Below, one piece after another: positions 22,611-36,210 of a stretch of DNA of 64,000 nt. The position numbers were made by a program, and so were the translations under genes. Each line of letters opens with the position of its first letter. Position 1 is the first letter of the stretch. This DNA is from Octopus sinensis (lineage: Eukaryota). The notes beneath the pieces were generated by a model that worked only from the letters and a program-made list of their open reading frames with translations, made no database searches and was not told the DNA's origin. Where the stretch lies: the NCBI RefSeq assembly GCF_006345805.1, contig NC_043010.1, forward strand, positions 25,916,001 to 25,980,000, read 5' to 3'.

Positions 22611-25600
22611 TTACTCTTTTATAACACCTTTTATGTACACTGATTTGTTCTGTTTTTTTATGTTTAACCCTACAGTCTCTTATGTGGTGGTTTAATAAAG
22701 TATGTGATTGAGTATTATCTGGTAATTGATATTTGATTTAGATGTATTTCTCCATTTTCTTATCTTGTATTAGGAATTTGTGGTAAATCATTTTACCTTT
22801 GCCCATATAATACAGTAAATGAATTGATTGCATCTTTGTTGGGTACTTCACTAGCAGTATATTGGATATATGTTATCCCATGCAGTGTTGCATTTACAAC
22901 CCCTATCTCAATTTGTAACTAAAGTTAACTTTCTGAGGAATATGAATTGCTAATGCTTGTATACTTGAAGCATCCACTCATTACTCTAAGTACTGACATG
23001 TATGTGAATACACCCAAGTATAGTACATTTATTCCTGAAAGATCATTACTGCTGGTAATATAGAGAAGATACTAATCAATTCATCAATGAAGGATGTACC
23101 CATCCCTACTAAGGACCACTACACCAAAGAGCTAATTTATAGAATTAATGAGTTCATTCACAGGATAAGATGGAAGATTTTCCACCACGAAAACAGTGAT
23201 AGCAAAATAAACCAAGAATGTAGGAACGAGGCCACCCGCAATGGTACAGGAAATACCTATGAGGAAATAATCAAACTAACTGGCAACACATTAAAATCTA
23301 GGAAATCTCCACCACCAAATAAACACCTGAAAAACTTTGAACAGGAATTATGGGACACCATCAAGAATATAAAATTTAAAAACCACCCATTGAGGTATAA
23401 CCCGCACCAAAGGAGGTTAAAGGAACTAATAAGAACTCTTAAGGGTAAGGATGGTATTTTAACCCATTCTGATAAAACCAGTAACATTTATAATATTGAC
23501 ATCCTCACATACCATGAACTATTGCATAAAAAAATTACAAAGAAGTATAAAACTGTACCTTTCAATACACTTAGGGAACTAAACTTAGAGGTAAGAGATA
23601 TAATGTTTGATTATTATCTGGAAGATAAAACCGAACCTTATACCCCCATGAGACCGAGAATTACACTTAAGGACCATAAGGAAAACTTCCTTGGTAACAC
23701 TCAGGTCAGACTGATTTGCCCTACTAAGTCAGACTTAGGTAAATTGAGTAAACTTATTCTAGACAAATACTTACCAACTATACGTAACAAGATTAAACTC
23801 AGCCTATGGAAAAACACCCAGGGTGCATTAGATTGGTTCTCTACCATTCAGATTAGTGATAATAGTAGCAATAAATTTATCCAATTTGATATACAAAATT
23901 ACTACTCCTTCATTAACACTATTATACTAAATAAGGCTTTAATTTTTGCTAGAAAACATACCAACATAAGTAATGGGGGAGATAAAGGTTATCTTAACAG
24001 CTAGAAAAACATTAATAGAGTTTGATAACAAACTATGGGCTAGAAAAGACACACCCAATTTATTTGACATCACCATGGGCTCGCCGGATTCAGCGGAAGT
24101 GACGGATCTAGTGAGGATGTATCTACTCGATAACCTTAATAGAGAATTACCTGAATTAAAAGGCGGACTATATAGGGACGACGCTTTATTTCTAGTCAGA
24201 AACACATCTAATAGGAGGCTAGAATTACTGAAAAAACGACTACATAAATTTTTAAAAAGTTTTGGCTTATCCATAGTTATTGAAAATGAAAATTACTCAG
24301 CCAATTATTTAGATGTCAATTGCAACCTTACTAATGGAATGCATGAGCCGTATATTAAACCTAATTCTAACTTAGTATATATAAACCACTCTAGCAATCA
24401 CCCCCCTCAAATTAAAAAGTCACTGGTAGGAAGCATTAGTCAGAGAATCTCTTATCTATCCTCAAACGAGGACGTATTCAATAGGCATTGTGAAAAATAC
24501 AACACGGCATTGCTGAAGGCAGGCTACAAAAATAAAATTTGGTATATACCCAATAATAATCCTTCGAACACAGGTGGAACTGTTACGAATAACACGAATA
24601 AATTCCGAAGGGACAATAATAATTGTAGGACAAAGAAAAATATACTATATAAAAAAACATGATAATAATACTAGTTTTAATAATCTTAGACTTGTCAACT
24701 TTGGTCTAAATAACTTAGTGCACAATAATGATAATAGGGATATCAACAATAGGCATAGTAACATTGATAATATATATGGCAATAGTGGAGTTCATCTAAA
24801 CAATAATAATAGGAAGAATAAGAATAACAATAAAGTCACTAGTAAAACTAATCTAAAGGGGAATTCTAGGCAATATATTGACAATACTAAGGGTAGTAAA
24901 CATATGGGTTGGAAGAATAATAGGGTTTTTCCCAAAAATAACAATTTGAGGAGTAATCCACATAGTGATGACGATACACTATGGCTAATAATACCATATG
25001 CAATGCAGATTAAAACGGATATAGTCAGAACAATACATAAAGTAATATATAGACTATTTACTAAGGGTAAGACTAAATTTAGCCAAATAATTAACAATAG
25101 AACTATTAGAATAGGATATAGTATCACGAATAATCTAGCCACCATCATCTCCTCCTTCAACAACAAGAAATAGGATTGCTTCTATAATGATAGAAAGATA
25201 AACATGGGTAGTAATGAAAATAAGTGCAATAATATCAACAGGAATAGGGCTACGGGGATTTCTGCCAGGGTTAAATCTCCTCAATCTGTTAATAGCTGCA
25301 ATTGCAGAAGCAAGAATCAATGTGTGTTTGGTAATAAATGCCTGAGGAGAGAGGTGGTCTACCAATGCACTGTAAATACACAATACAATAGCAGGGTGTA
25401 CATTGGTGCGACTAAAAATAGTATAGAACAACGGCTAAACTATCATAGATATACTTTTAAAAATAAAAATAGGATGAACTCTACGGGGTTAAGTACGTAT
25501 ATCTGGGAACTCAAGAGTAAAAACATAGATTAGATTGGGAAATACTAACATCTGCACCTGTATACAATAGTAGAAATAAAAAATGCTCTTTATGTATCAA

Positions 25601-26363
25601 TGAAATTTTCTTCATCATCAAAGCCAGCCAACCCATTATTATCAGCATTAATGAACGAAATTTATTTGCCTTCACAAATTGGCGTACACTTTCTCTAGAT
25701 TTAAATAACATCTAATTCTTTTACCAGTAATCCTTTAGCATTCCTCTATATAGGACTGTACTATTGGTCCTTACAATTTATAATTTATAACTTTGTGTCT
25801 CCATGTATGTGTTCTATATTGATTATTTCTGTCCCGACTGAAAAATATACAAAAATATATAGTCATTCTGATATATGCATGATATTCGGAACCCCACAGA
25901 GTCTTTTATCGGTGTAGGGTGTATAAGTGCATCATATCTTAGGGTACTAGTGTGAGAGTCTATAATTAGTATAAGTTGTTTATCTTGATGAGCATATGAG
26001 GTTTTTTTTGCGGTTGGTTTGTTGGGAGTTGTTGGATTTCTACTGCACAGGCGTGGGCTCGGCTGGCGCTGAACCGGAGTTTGTGCGTCCACACATGTGC
26101 ATCAACGTGTGCACTCCCGTGCGCTGTGCTTGCGGACATTCGCGTGTACTTGTACGCGTGTTCTGGTGTGCATCTCTGTGATCATGTGTGCGGGAGGGAC
26201 GTGTGCGTGTCTGCCCGGCCATGAATTCGCGTGTCCATGCGGGGGCATGCATGCACATGTATGTGCATTTCGGCATATATTTACTATATTAGGTTTATCT
26301 TTGTGCTCTTCTTAATTTGTATTCCATTTTATTTATCTATTTATCTATACATGGATATATATA

Positions 26364-26399
<36 letters not shown>

Positions 26400-26402
<3 letters not shown>

Positions 26403-28010
26403 GTGTATGAAGAAATGGAGCTGAACGAAGATTTAACAAAATTCCTTTTTATTATTTTCTACATATGTTTCAAAGGCTGCAAAGTCCCTAATTCAGATTG
26501 AATAAGGAGACCATTTTGCAGCCTTCTCTTCAGGAAAATCCAGGAACTTAATTCTCCAAACAAAATGCACATCAAGCTTTTCGACACACGCTCGCGAGGA
26601 GCCCATGGGATAAATGGCACAAAACTGTCTCTCAATATGGGTGAAAGCCGACGAAAAAATCCGTTGAGATAAGTCAGGTCAAAATCCGGCCAATAGGGGG
26701 GAGGGTTATAGGAGAATCAAAGAGTGAGAATGCATTCTGTATGACTGGTGTTAATATTCGAATTGCTTTAAGAATGACTGCTATGGTGTTTGGGTGTGAG
26801 AAATTGCCTACATGTATGTGTGTGTGTGCCTATGTATGTGTGGCAGTGTGTTTAGAAGGCTGCGAGGGAGAGAGAAATATATAGCAGCTATTAATGGTCA
26901 AGCAGCTGAAAAAAAAAACTGTGTCTGTGTGTTCGTCTGTAGCCAGTTGGTAGAGGGATGGAATGTCAACAAAGGGAAGATACAGTAACATCCCTGAAAG
27001 CGGTTCTAGATAAGTAGCAGTTCTTACGCTAATGGGGGAGTGATTTCTCCTTACAAATTTAATTCAAAATTATTTTCTTTTCTTAGGAAATCAATGGGTT
27101 AACTATCTTAGACCTCATTGGAATGCAAGAAATGTGTGCCGCCTCCAGTGCGGGCATCTAAAAGTATTTTGCACAATCAAGTTAATAAGTTGCCCTCGGG
27201 CGAACAGAATATGAAATAGTTCTGAGTTGCAAAGATTACAGATTATTTTGCCTCTATCAAACGGTGAGGACACCGATAAAATCGACCATTCCAGTCTAAA
27301 GGTTGAATTCGCGTTCTTCAAACGCCAGACTAATTTACTTAGTCCAGTAGCGTGTTGCTTTCCAAAATCGCTAAACATTGAGAAATGGTTCGATATTCTA
27401 ACTGCCAATTTCGATGATGAAGCTCCGATATACATGTAGACATCTGAATCAGTATAAACTGTGCACTGGTAAATGGCGTTTCTAATCTTGGAATTACTAG
27501 ATAAGAACCTTATTCTATTGGGGTTGGCTTCCGATATTAATACGGCGTTCTTATTACTATGATGATTGTAAAAACTACGGCTGTCTTCGACATTATTAAC
27601 CCCATTATCATTACTATTTAATGCAATATCGCCTGTATCCTCCCTGCCACTGAGAACGCTGTGATTGCTAATGTCCGTGATACTACTGTTGTTAAAACTG
27701 CTGCTAACATTGTTGTTGGGACTCCCTACATTAATGACTCGATCAGTGCTCTTATCCCTATTACCATTACTTACGTTAAAAACGCTACCATTGCTCTTAT
27801 CCTTATTACTATTACTAACTCCAAGGCTGGCATGGAGGTTGCTAATATCTGTGCCAGTTCTATTATTATTATTATTATTATTAATACTGCGTGTTATGCT
27901 GGCATTAGACGGAGCTGAGTCTCCGTTCGTAGGTGAGAGGGTCTTATTTAGCATCTTATTGTTATGGGAGGAAATTATGTGAAAGATTTTTAGTATTGGA
28001 GAAGGCATTT
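26400..28010 (-). mobile_element. 5'-truncated Penelope-like element (Asn-rich linker + GIY-YIG, ends 27115) with pLTR
   Basis: IISSHNNKML, N-rich linker, AIYQCTV...YMYIGASS...RISNH, CNLC; hammerhead in the 3' pLTR. The first residues of the track ORF are microsatellite. Confidence 0.88.
26454..26539 (-). ncRNA. Canonical type I hammerhead ribozyme
   Basis: attttc-CTGAAGA-gaaggctgcaaa...tttgcagccttt-GAAAC-atat-GT-A-gaaaat: stem I 6 bp, stem II 12 bp, all core nucleotides present, GUA triplet (cleavage 3' of the A at 26460). Confidence 0.88.
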
Positions 28011-28099
28011 TGCCGTTTATATATATATATATATGTATACATATAGATGTATATATATATAGATGTATATATATATATATGTATATATATTCAATTGAA

Positions 28100-28131
<32 letters not shown>

Positions 28132-28240
28132 CATATATATATATATACATATATATATATACATCATCATCGTTTAGCGTCCGTTTTCCATGCTAGCATG
28201 GGTTGGACGGAGCATGGGTTGGACATATATATATATATAT

Positions 28241-28278
<38 letters not shown>

Positions 28279-28346
28279 ATATATACATATATATATATAC
28301 ACATATATATATATACACATATATATATACATATATATATATACAC

Positions 28347-28384
<38 letters not shown>

Positions 28385-28436
28385 ATATATATACATATAT
28401 ATATATATTATACATATATATACATATATATAATAC

Positions 28437-28471
<35 letters not shown>

Positions 28472-28727
28472 CATATATATACATATATATATACATATAT
28501 ATACATATACATATATATATATACATATATATATACATATATATATATACATATATATATATACATATATATATACATATATATATACATAATATATTAT
28601 ACATATATATATATACACATATATATATACATATATATACATATATATATATAATACACATATATATATACATATATATACATATATATATATATACATA
28701 TATATATATACATATATATATATATAC

Positions 28728-28778
<51 letters not shown>

Positions 28779-28791
28779 CATATATATATAC

Positions 28792-28822
<31 letters not shown>

Positions 28823-28869
28823 CATATATATATACATATATATATACATATACATATATATATACATAT
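28011..28869. repeat. (TA)/(TACA)-type microsatellite expanse with an RTE-type tail fragment at ~28165-28225
   Basis: Direct inspection; catcatcatcgtttagcgtccgttttccatgctagcatgggttggacgg. Confidence 0.95.
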
Positions 28870-29855
28870 ACTCTTTTACTCTTTTACTTGTTTCAGCCAT
28901 CCGGCTGAGGCCATGCTGGGGCACCGCCCTTGTTGCTACCCTCTCTAAGTCCAGTTTGCCGTGGCTGGCCACTGATCTAAGAGAGAGTTTGTAGCTGCTG
29001 CCCTTAGGTTACCTTCGTACCTTGCAGTGGGTTCATCTGGGATCCCGGAAAGCAGCTTGTCTAGATGTTTTTTGAAAATGTCCACATCCGCATCATGTAG
29101 ATCTCTTAGTTTTCTTGGCAGTTTGTTGAACAGCTGAGGGCCCCTGAACCCCAGGCTATTACAGTATCTGCTCCTTACCCTGGATGTGGAAGACGGGACC
29201 TTTGGCACCACACAGTGACGTCCTGTACGGGGATTGGAACAGCTCTCAATTCAAAATTTGGTGCTAGTCCCTCCAGGATTTTCCATATGTATATCACTGC
29301 ATATCTCTCTCGTCTTCGTTCCAAGGAGTACAAATTGAGTTCCCTAAGCCTCTCCCAATAGTTCTTTTCTTTCATGGTGGAAATCCTCTTGGTGAAATGT
29401 CTTTGGATTGTCTCAAGCTCTGTGGTTAGTTTGACACTATGCGGTGACCACAGTTGGGAGCAGTAGTCCAGGCGGCTTAGGACAAATGTCCTCCATAGTG
29501 TCAACATGGTCTCGCAGTCTCTTGTCCGGAATGTCCTCAGGATCCAGCCAGTGAGTCGTCTGCACATTGTCGCCACCTTCGCGATGTGTGAAGAAAAAGA
29601 TGCATCGTCACTCATGTCTATCCCCAGGTCCCGTATTGATTTCGATACTGGGATTTCGATCCCTCCTGGACCAGTATAGTTGTGTTGTAATGTATATGTG
29701 TTTACAGCTTGATATTGTAAGGCTTGAAATTTACCAGCATTAAATTGCATGTTGTTGTCTTCAGCCCATTTGTATATGGCATCCAGATCTTGTTGTAAAA
29801 GGTCAGCATCAGCTGGGTTTTTGATTGCCTGTGCTACCTTTGTGTCATCAGCATA
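28870..29855 (-). mobile_element. CR1-type LINE 3' fragment (RT C-terminus and 3' end)
   Basis: YADDTKV...[14 protein letters not shown]...[11 protein letters not shown]...[10 protein letters not shown]...GPQLFNKLP; 3' end gcggtgccccagcatggcc...gaaacaagtaaaagagtaaaagag. Confidence 0.9.
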
Positions 29856-30014
29856 TATACATATATATATATACATATATATATATACATATATATATAC
29901 ATATATATATATACATACATATATATATATACATACATATATATATATACATATATATATACATACATATATATATATACATACATATATATATATACAT
30001 ACATATACATATAC

Positions 30015-30045
<31 letters not shown>

Positions 30046-30115
30046 CATATACATACATATATATATATACATATATATATATACATACATACATATATAT
30101 ACATACATATAATAC

Positions 30116-30483
<368 letters not shown>

Positions 30484-30612
30484 CATATATATATATAATA
30501 TATATATATTACATATATATACATATATATACATATATATATATATACATAATATATATTATATACATATATATATATATATACATATATTATATACATA
30601 TATATATATACA

Positions 30613-31474
30613 TATCATCATCATCATCATCATCATCATCGTTTAACGTCCGCTTTCCATGCTAGCATGGGTTGGACGGTTCAACTGGGGTCTGGCAAGC
30701 CCGAAGGCTGCACCAGGCCAGTCAGATCTGGCAGTGTTTCTACAGCTGGATGCCCTTCCTAACGCCAACCACTCCGAGAGTGTAGTGGGTGATTTTATGT
30801 GCCACCGACACAGGTGCCAGACGAGGCTGGCAGACGGCCACGCTCGGATGGTGTTTTTTTTTTTATGTGCCACCGACACAGGTGCCAGACGAGGCTGGCT
30901 GACGGCCACGCTCGGATGGTGTTTTCTTATGTGTCACCGACACAGGTGCCAGACAAGGCTGGCGGACGGCCACGCTCGGATGGTGTTTGTTATGTGCCCT
31001 CAGCACGGAGGCCAGTCGTTGCGGTACTGGCTACGATCACGTTCGGATGGTTTTCTTATGTGCCACCGGCACTGGTACCACAAGGATACAAATTCCATTG
31101 ATGTTCATCTATTTTGATTTGGTTCGATTTGATTTGATTTGATTCGATTCGATTCTCACTTGCCTCAACAGGTCTTCACAAGTGTCACAAGAAGGAAGGT
31201 ATGCACAGGTGGACTGACTACGTCCCAGGTAGGGGCCACGGATTATGGCTTCACTAGTCTTGCCGGGTCTCTCACGCACAGCATACTTCCATAGGTCTCG
31301 GTCTCTAGTCATTTCCATGGTGAGACCTAACGTCCGAAGGTCGTGCTTCACCACTTCGTCCCAGGTTTTCCTGGGTCTACCTCTTCCACGGGTTCCCTCA
31401 ACTGCTAGGGATTGGCACTTTCTCACACCCTATCTTCATCCATTCTCGCCACATGACCATATACATATATATAT

Positions 31475-31510
<36 letters not shown>

Positions 31511-31529
31511 CATATATTATATATATATA

Positions 31530-31560
<31 letters not shown>

Positions 31561-31752
31561 CATACATATATTATATATAATATATATACCACATATATTA
31601 TATATACATACATATATATATATATATATATACATACATATATATTATATATATATATATACATACATATATACATACATATATAATATATATTATATAC
31701 ATACATATATATATATATATATACATACATATATATATACATACATATATAT

Positions 31753-31822
<70 letters not shown>

Positions 31823-33760
31823 CGTAAAAGCACCATCCGTTCGCTATAACCCTCTCCGTAACCTTCATTACCTGATCCAGCAGCTTGATGCCCCTGTAGT
31901 TATTTGTATCTAGGGCGTCGCCTTTACCTTTGTAGCAGTTGACTATTATGCTGCTACACCAGTCATTGGGTATGACTCCTTCGTGTATCACCTGGTTAAC
32001 TATACAGGTGACTAAGCTATAGCCGACACTACCAGATATTTTGAGCATCTCTGCAGTAATTCCTGATGGGCCTGGGGCTTTCCCTGTTTTCATGCTTCTA
32101 ATTGCCTTATCTACTAAGGAACTGTTAACTCTCGGATTGCTGGTCCCTCTGTTGGGTCGACATTCGGGAGACTCTCTTTATCCCATTCATTTTCCTCATT
32201 CAGCAACCTTTCATAGTGGCGTCTCCAAGCCTCTCTCTTTGCATCCTCATTTAGCGCAAGTGAACCGTCATCCTTGCGAACACTTTTCTCTCCTACCACG
32301 TCACGATTCTCTCTCACACACTGTCTTGCAACACGAAATACCTCAAGTCTTTCATCCTCACGGCGCAGGACATTGGCAAATTTTTCTTTATCTGCCTCCC
32401 CTCTGGCTAGATAGACCTGTCTCCTAGCTTCCCTTCTGGCAGTCTGATACACTTCCCTGCTACCACCGTTCTTCCAGGCCTTCCAAGCCTGTTTCTATTG
32501 TCTAATAGCCCTGTCGACAATATTGTTCCACCACCACGTTATTTTGGGTCTTAAGGGGACTTTGCACCAGCCACAGATCTGGTCAGCGGCTTTCAGCAGG
32601 TTGTCCCTCAGAAGCGTCCAGTTGTCTTCTACCCCATGCGTAGCTATACCCCCTTCCATTTCGTCAAAGGCTTCAAGTAACATATCTCTAAATCTCTGTC
32701 CATTCGCAGGGTCTTTAAGCTTCCAGACCCTTCTTCTCCATGTTGGTTGTCTTCTAGTCGCCCTCTTAGTCCTGATCCTAAAGTCACTAACTACCAGTCT
32801 ATGTTGTGGGGTGCATTCTTCGCCTGGTAAGGTTTTGGCATTTATAAGCAGCCATCTTTCCCTTTTTCTGGCAAGGATGTAGTCGATTTGGCTAGTAAGC
32901 CGGCCCGATCGGTAGGTGACCAGGTGGCTTGTTGGTTTCCTGAAGTTAGTGTTGCAAACCATAAGACTATTCGCATCGCAGAACTCCAGCAGCCTGGTTC
33001 CCTCCTCGTTGCGGGAACCATAACCGTAGCCTCCATGTACGCCATGGAAGCCCCCAGCATGACGTCCAACATGCCCATTGAAATCACCAGCCACAAAGAG
33101 AAGGTCCCTGTCGTTCGTCAATGAGGTGGTCTGCAGTAGGGTGTCATAGAAACTGTCTTTCTGTCCATCGGGTAGCCCTGGCTGAGGGGCATAGGCCGAT
33201 ATAATGGTTGCTAATCTATTATGAAGCACTATTCTAATCTTAAGTATTCTGTCACTTACTCTGATTACCTCAATTACTCTATCTACCCATTTCTCAGCGA
33301 TAAGTATACCCACGCCACCGACCCCGTCAGTGTTCCCTGCCCAGAAAATCTTGTACCTGTGTTCCTTGCCTGTGAGGAACCTAGCAGATCCTCCTCTCCA
33401 CCATATTTCTTGCATGCAACATACATCAACCCATCTCCGTTCAAGCATCTCAACTATCTCACCAGATCTACCTTTCAGTGTGCCAACATTGAGGGTGCCC
33501 ACCCTGAGGGAGTGGAAGGTATGGGCCCGAGAGGCCCAGGGACGGGGAGCAGTGGCGTCATGTACCTGAAAAGAAGAAAGCTCGCATTTGGCAGAATTCA
33601 TAAGCAAAGCAATGATCTTAAGTTCAACCTGTTACACTACACTATCATGTTTTGCGCCGTATTTTCACCACCTTATATAGAAGGGGTGGTATTGGCTTAA
33701 GGCCTTTAGGTGTTCATGGAAGAAAAGCAAAGGAAGACAAGCTGAGATAAGGACTTCCGG
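30613..33760 (-). mobile_element. RTE-clade LINE (APE + N-terminal RT; RT core missing; 3' end with GAT tail)
   Basis: VGTLNVGTL, GGVGILI, AGDFNGHVG, SQIDYIL, QHRLVV; RT breaks at ~31845, (TA) block 31460-31822, RT C-terminus 31110-31460, 3' hairpin units 30797-31075. Confidence 0.92.
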
Positions 33761-33789
33761 TACAGGTGGAGGGGGCGGGAGGGCGGGCG

Positions 33790-35074
33790 CACTGCTCACT
33801 GGGAAGGATGAGATTTGGCGGCAGAAAGACAAGATTTGAGACGAAATGTTTTGCGGTCAAGCCTCGTGCATTGGGTTTTATAGGGGAGGGGGTGCGGAGG
33901 TATGAGTAGGAGGCAGAAGCCTATGGAACCAAGTGAAATATATACAGAGAGAGAGACATAGTGATAACAGAGGGAGACAACGACACCACAGAGAGAGAGA
34001 GATATACATAGTGATAACAGAGGGAGAAAACGCCACCGCTCACTGGAAAGGATGAGATTTGGCGGCAGAAAGACAAGATTTGAGACGAAATGTTTTGCGA
34101 TCGTGTGAATAAGTTTCTATGAGTGAAAGTTGGGAAGGATGGGGTAGAGATTAAGCGACAGAAAGACCAGATTTGAGACGAAGTGTTTTGCAGTCGTGTG
34201 AATAAGTTTCTGTAAGTGAAAGTTTATATGTTGTGGAGAAATGCTTCAGCTAGCATTTGAGACGAAAAACAACGATAAGGCTTGATGGTGATAATAATAC
34301 TTGCAAAAAACAATGAAAGGAGCAAACAGGTCGGAAACTTAAATATATATCTTAGCTGATATTTTTCATCCTGAGGTTCGTGTTTCGTGTGTTACAGCCA
34401 GGAGAAAAGGAATAGTAAGGGGCGGCCAAGCCTCGTGCATTTGGTTTTTATAGGGGAGGGGGTGTGGAGGTGTTAGTAGGAGGCAGAAGCCTATGGAACC
34501 AAGTGAAATATATACAGAGAGAGAGACATAGTGATAACAGAGGGAGACAACGACACCACAGAGAGAGAGAGATATACATAGTGATAACAGAGGGAGAAAA
34601 CGCCACCGCTCACTGGGAAGGATGAGATTTGGCGGCAGAAAGACAAGATTTGAGACGAAATGTTTTGCGATCGTGTGAATAAGTTTCTATGAGTGAAAGT
34701 TGGGAAGGATGGGGTAGAGATTAAGCGACAGAAAGACCAGATTTGAGACGAAGTGTTTTGCAGTCGTGTGAATAAGTTTCTGTAAGTGAAAGTTTATATG
34801 TTGTGGAGAAATGCTTCAGCTAGCATTTGAGACGAAAGACAACGATAAGGCTTGATGGTGATAATAATACTTGCAAAAAACAATGAAAGGAGCAAACAGG
34901 TCGGAAACTTAAATATATATCTTAGCTGATATTTTTCATCCTGAGGTTCGTGTTTCGTGTGTTACAGCCAGGAGAAAAGGAATAGTAAGGGGCGGTCAAG
35001 CCTCGTGCATTGGGTTTTATAGGGGAGGGGGTGCGGAGGTGTGAGTAGGAGGCAGAAGCCTATGGAACCAAGTG

Positions 35075-35080
<6 letters not shown>
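33790..35080. repeat. Tandem ~570-bp monomers (about 2.3 copies) adjoining the RTE 5' end
   Basis: caagcctcgtgcatt recurs at 33858, 34427 and 34997; near-identical copies. Confidence 0.95.
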
Positions 35081-35121
<41 letters not shown>

Positions 35122-35671
35122 CATGTACGTTTAAATTTAAAATAATAAAGGTGAAAAATTGAATATTAATTTGATTAATATGAATTGAAAACCAGTGGTG
35201 TAGCATATAAGACAATAGCAGATCTTCTAGCAAAATGGATGTCCACTCTTAATGGTTCATCCCTATTATATAATAGTTTGACTTTAATAGTTTCAGATTT
35301 AAAGTGAAAGCATATGACATTACAATAGAGAGATGTTTTTGTTTCACTATTAACACGTAATACTGAAATAGTGAAGATATGATATTGCTGTGGTCTCGCC
35401 CTAGGAAAGTTAAAAAATAGTGAAGATATGATATTGCTATGGGCTCGCTCTAGGCAAGAAGTTGAACATTTTTTTTGCCCATGACACTACATGGACCCTA
35501 AGTAAGGCATGTGTAAAATTTGAATGAAATTGGTTGTGTAGTTCTCAAGTTTTAGGGATTCACACACATTCTCAGTTTTATATATATAGATATACATATA
35601 TAAAAATTTTTTTCGTAATGAGAAAAAAAAACCAAGGCTGTGTAGATTTTAGAACATTTATAGATAGAAGG

Positions 35672-35718
35672 TCTTACAGCTGTTTCCAGCATATCTATTA
35701 TATCCCTTCATCAGATAA
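35672..35718 (-). ncRNA. Decayed hammerhead motif (isolated pLTR remnant)
   Basis: ttat-CTGATGA-aggg...gctg-GAAAC-agct-GT-A-agac; core intact, stems I and II mismatched. Confidence 0.45.
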
Positions 35719-35731
35719 TCTCATAACCTCC

Positions 35732-35778
<47 letters not shown>

Positions 35779-36210
35779 TACTTTAACACACATACACACA
35801 CACAGCCCAAAAATCAAATGAGTAAAAGCCAAATTTGAGGCAAAGAGTAAACAAACAAAAACAAAAAATACTCTGCAGGGTCAGACAAATGGATGCATGT
35901 GTTTGAAAAGTGTAGAAATATGAAGTAAAAAAAACTACAAAGAAGCTAAATATACCAAAGGAAGGAACAGAAGAGGAGCTGATGTTTTGAGTGATGCCCT
36001 TTTAAGAGAGAAACAGGAGAAAGAAAAACGCATGGATACAAAAGAAAAACCATCTGTTCACACAGACACACACAAATTAAACAAATACATAAATTATACA
36101 CAACTTAAATACTTACACACACATTCGAACAAATTAAACACATTCACAGCCATTAACAAAGCATAATGAGATGGAGACAACATCATAAGAAAGAAAAATG
36201 TCAGTCTTAC

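Larger units (their letters stand above)
20693..26350 (+). mobile_element. Near full-length Penelope-like element with upstream pLTR; ORF 23087-~25710 disabled
   Basis: MKDVPIP start, FIQFDIQNYY, ITMGSPDSAE, GGLYRDD, NYLDV, VVYQCTV...YIGAT, CSLC; frameshifts ~23985, ~24650 and ~25531, stop 25171; ~75-bp direct repeat at 20693 and 26276. Confidence 0.9.

Noticed and set aside
30797-31075. CRISPR-like repeat/spacer appearance
   Set aside because: Animal LINE 3' UTR; the spacers are related to each other and no cas genes are present.
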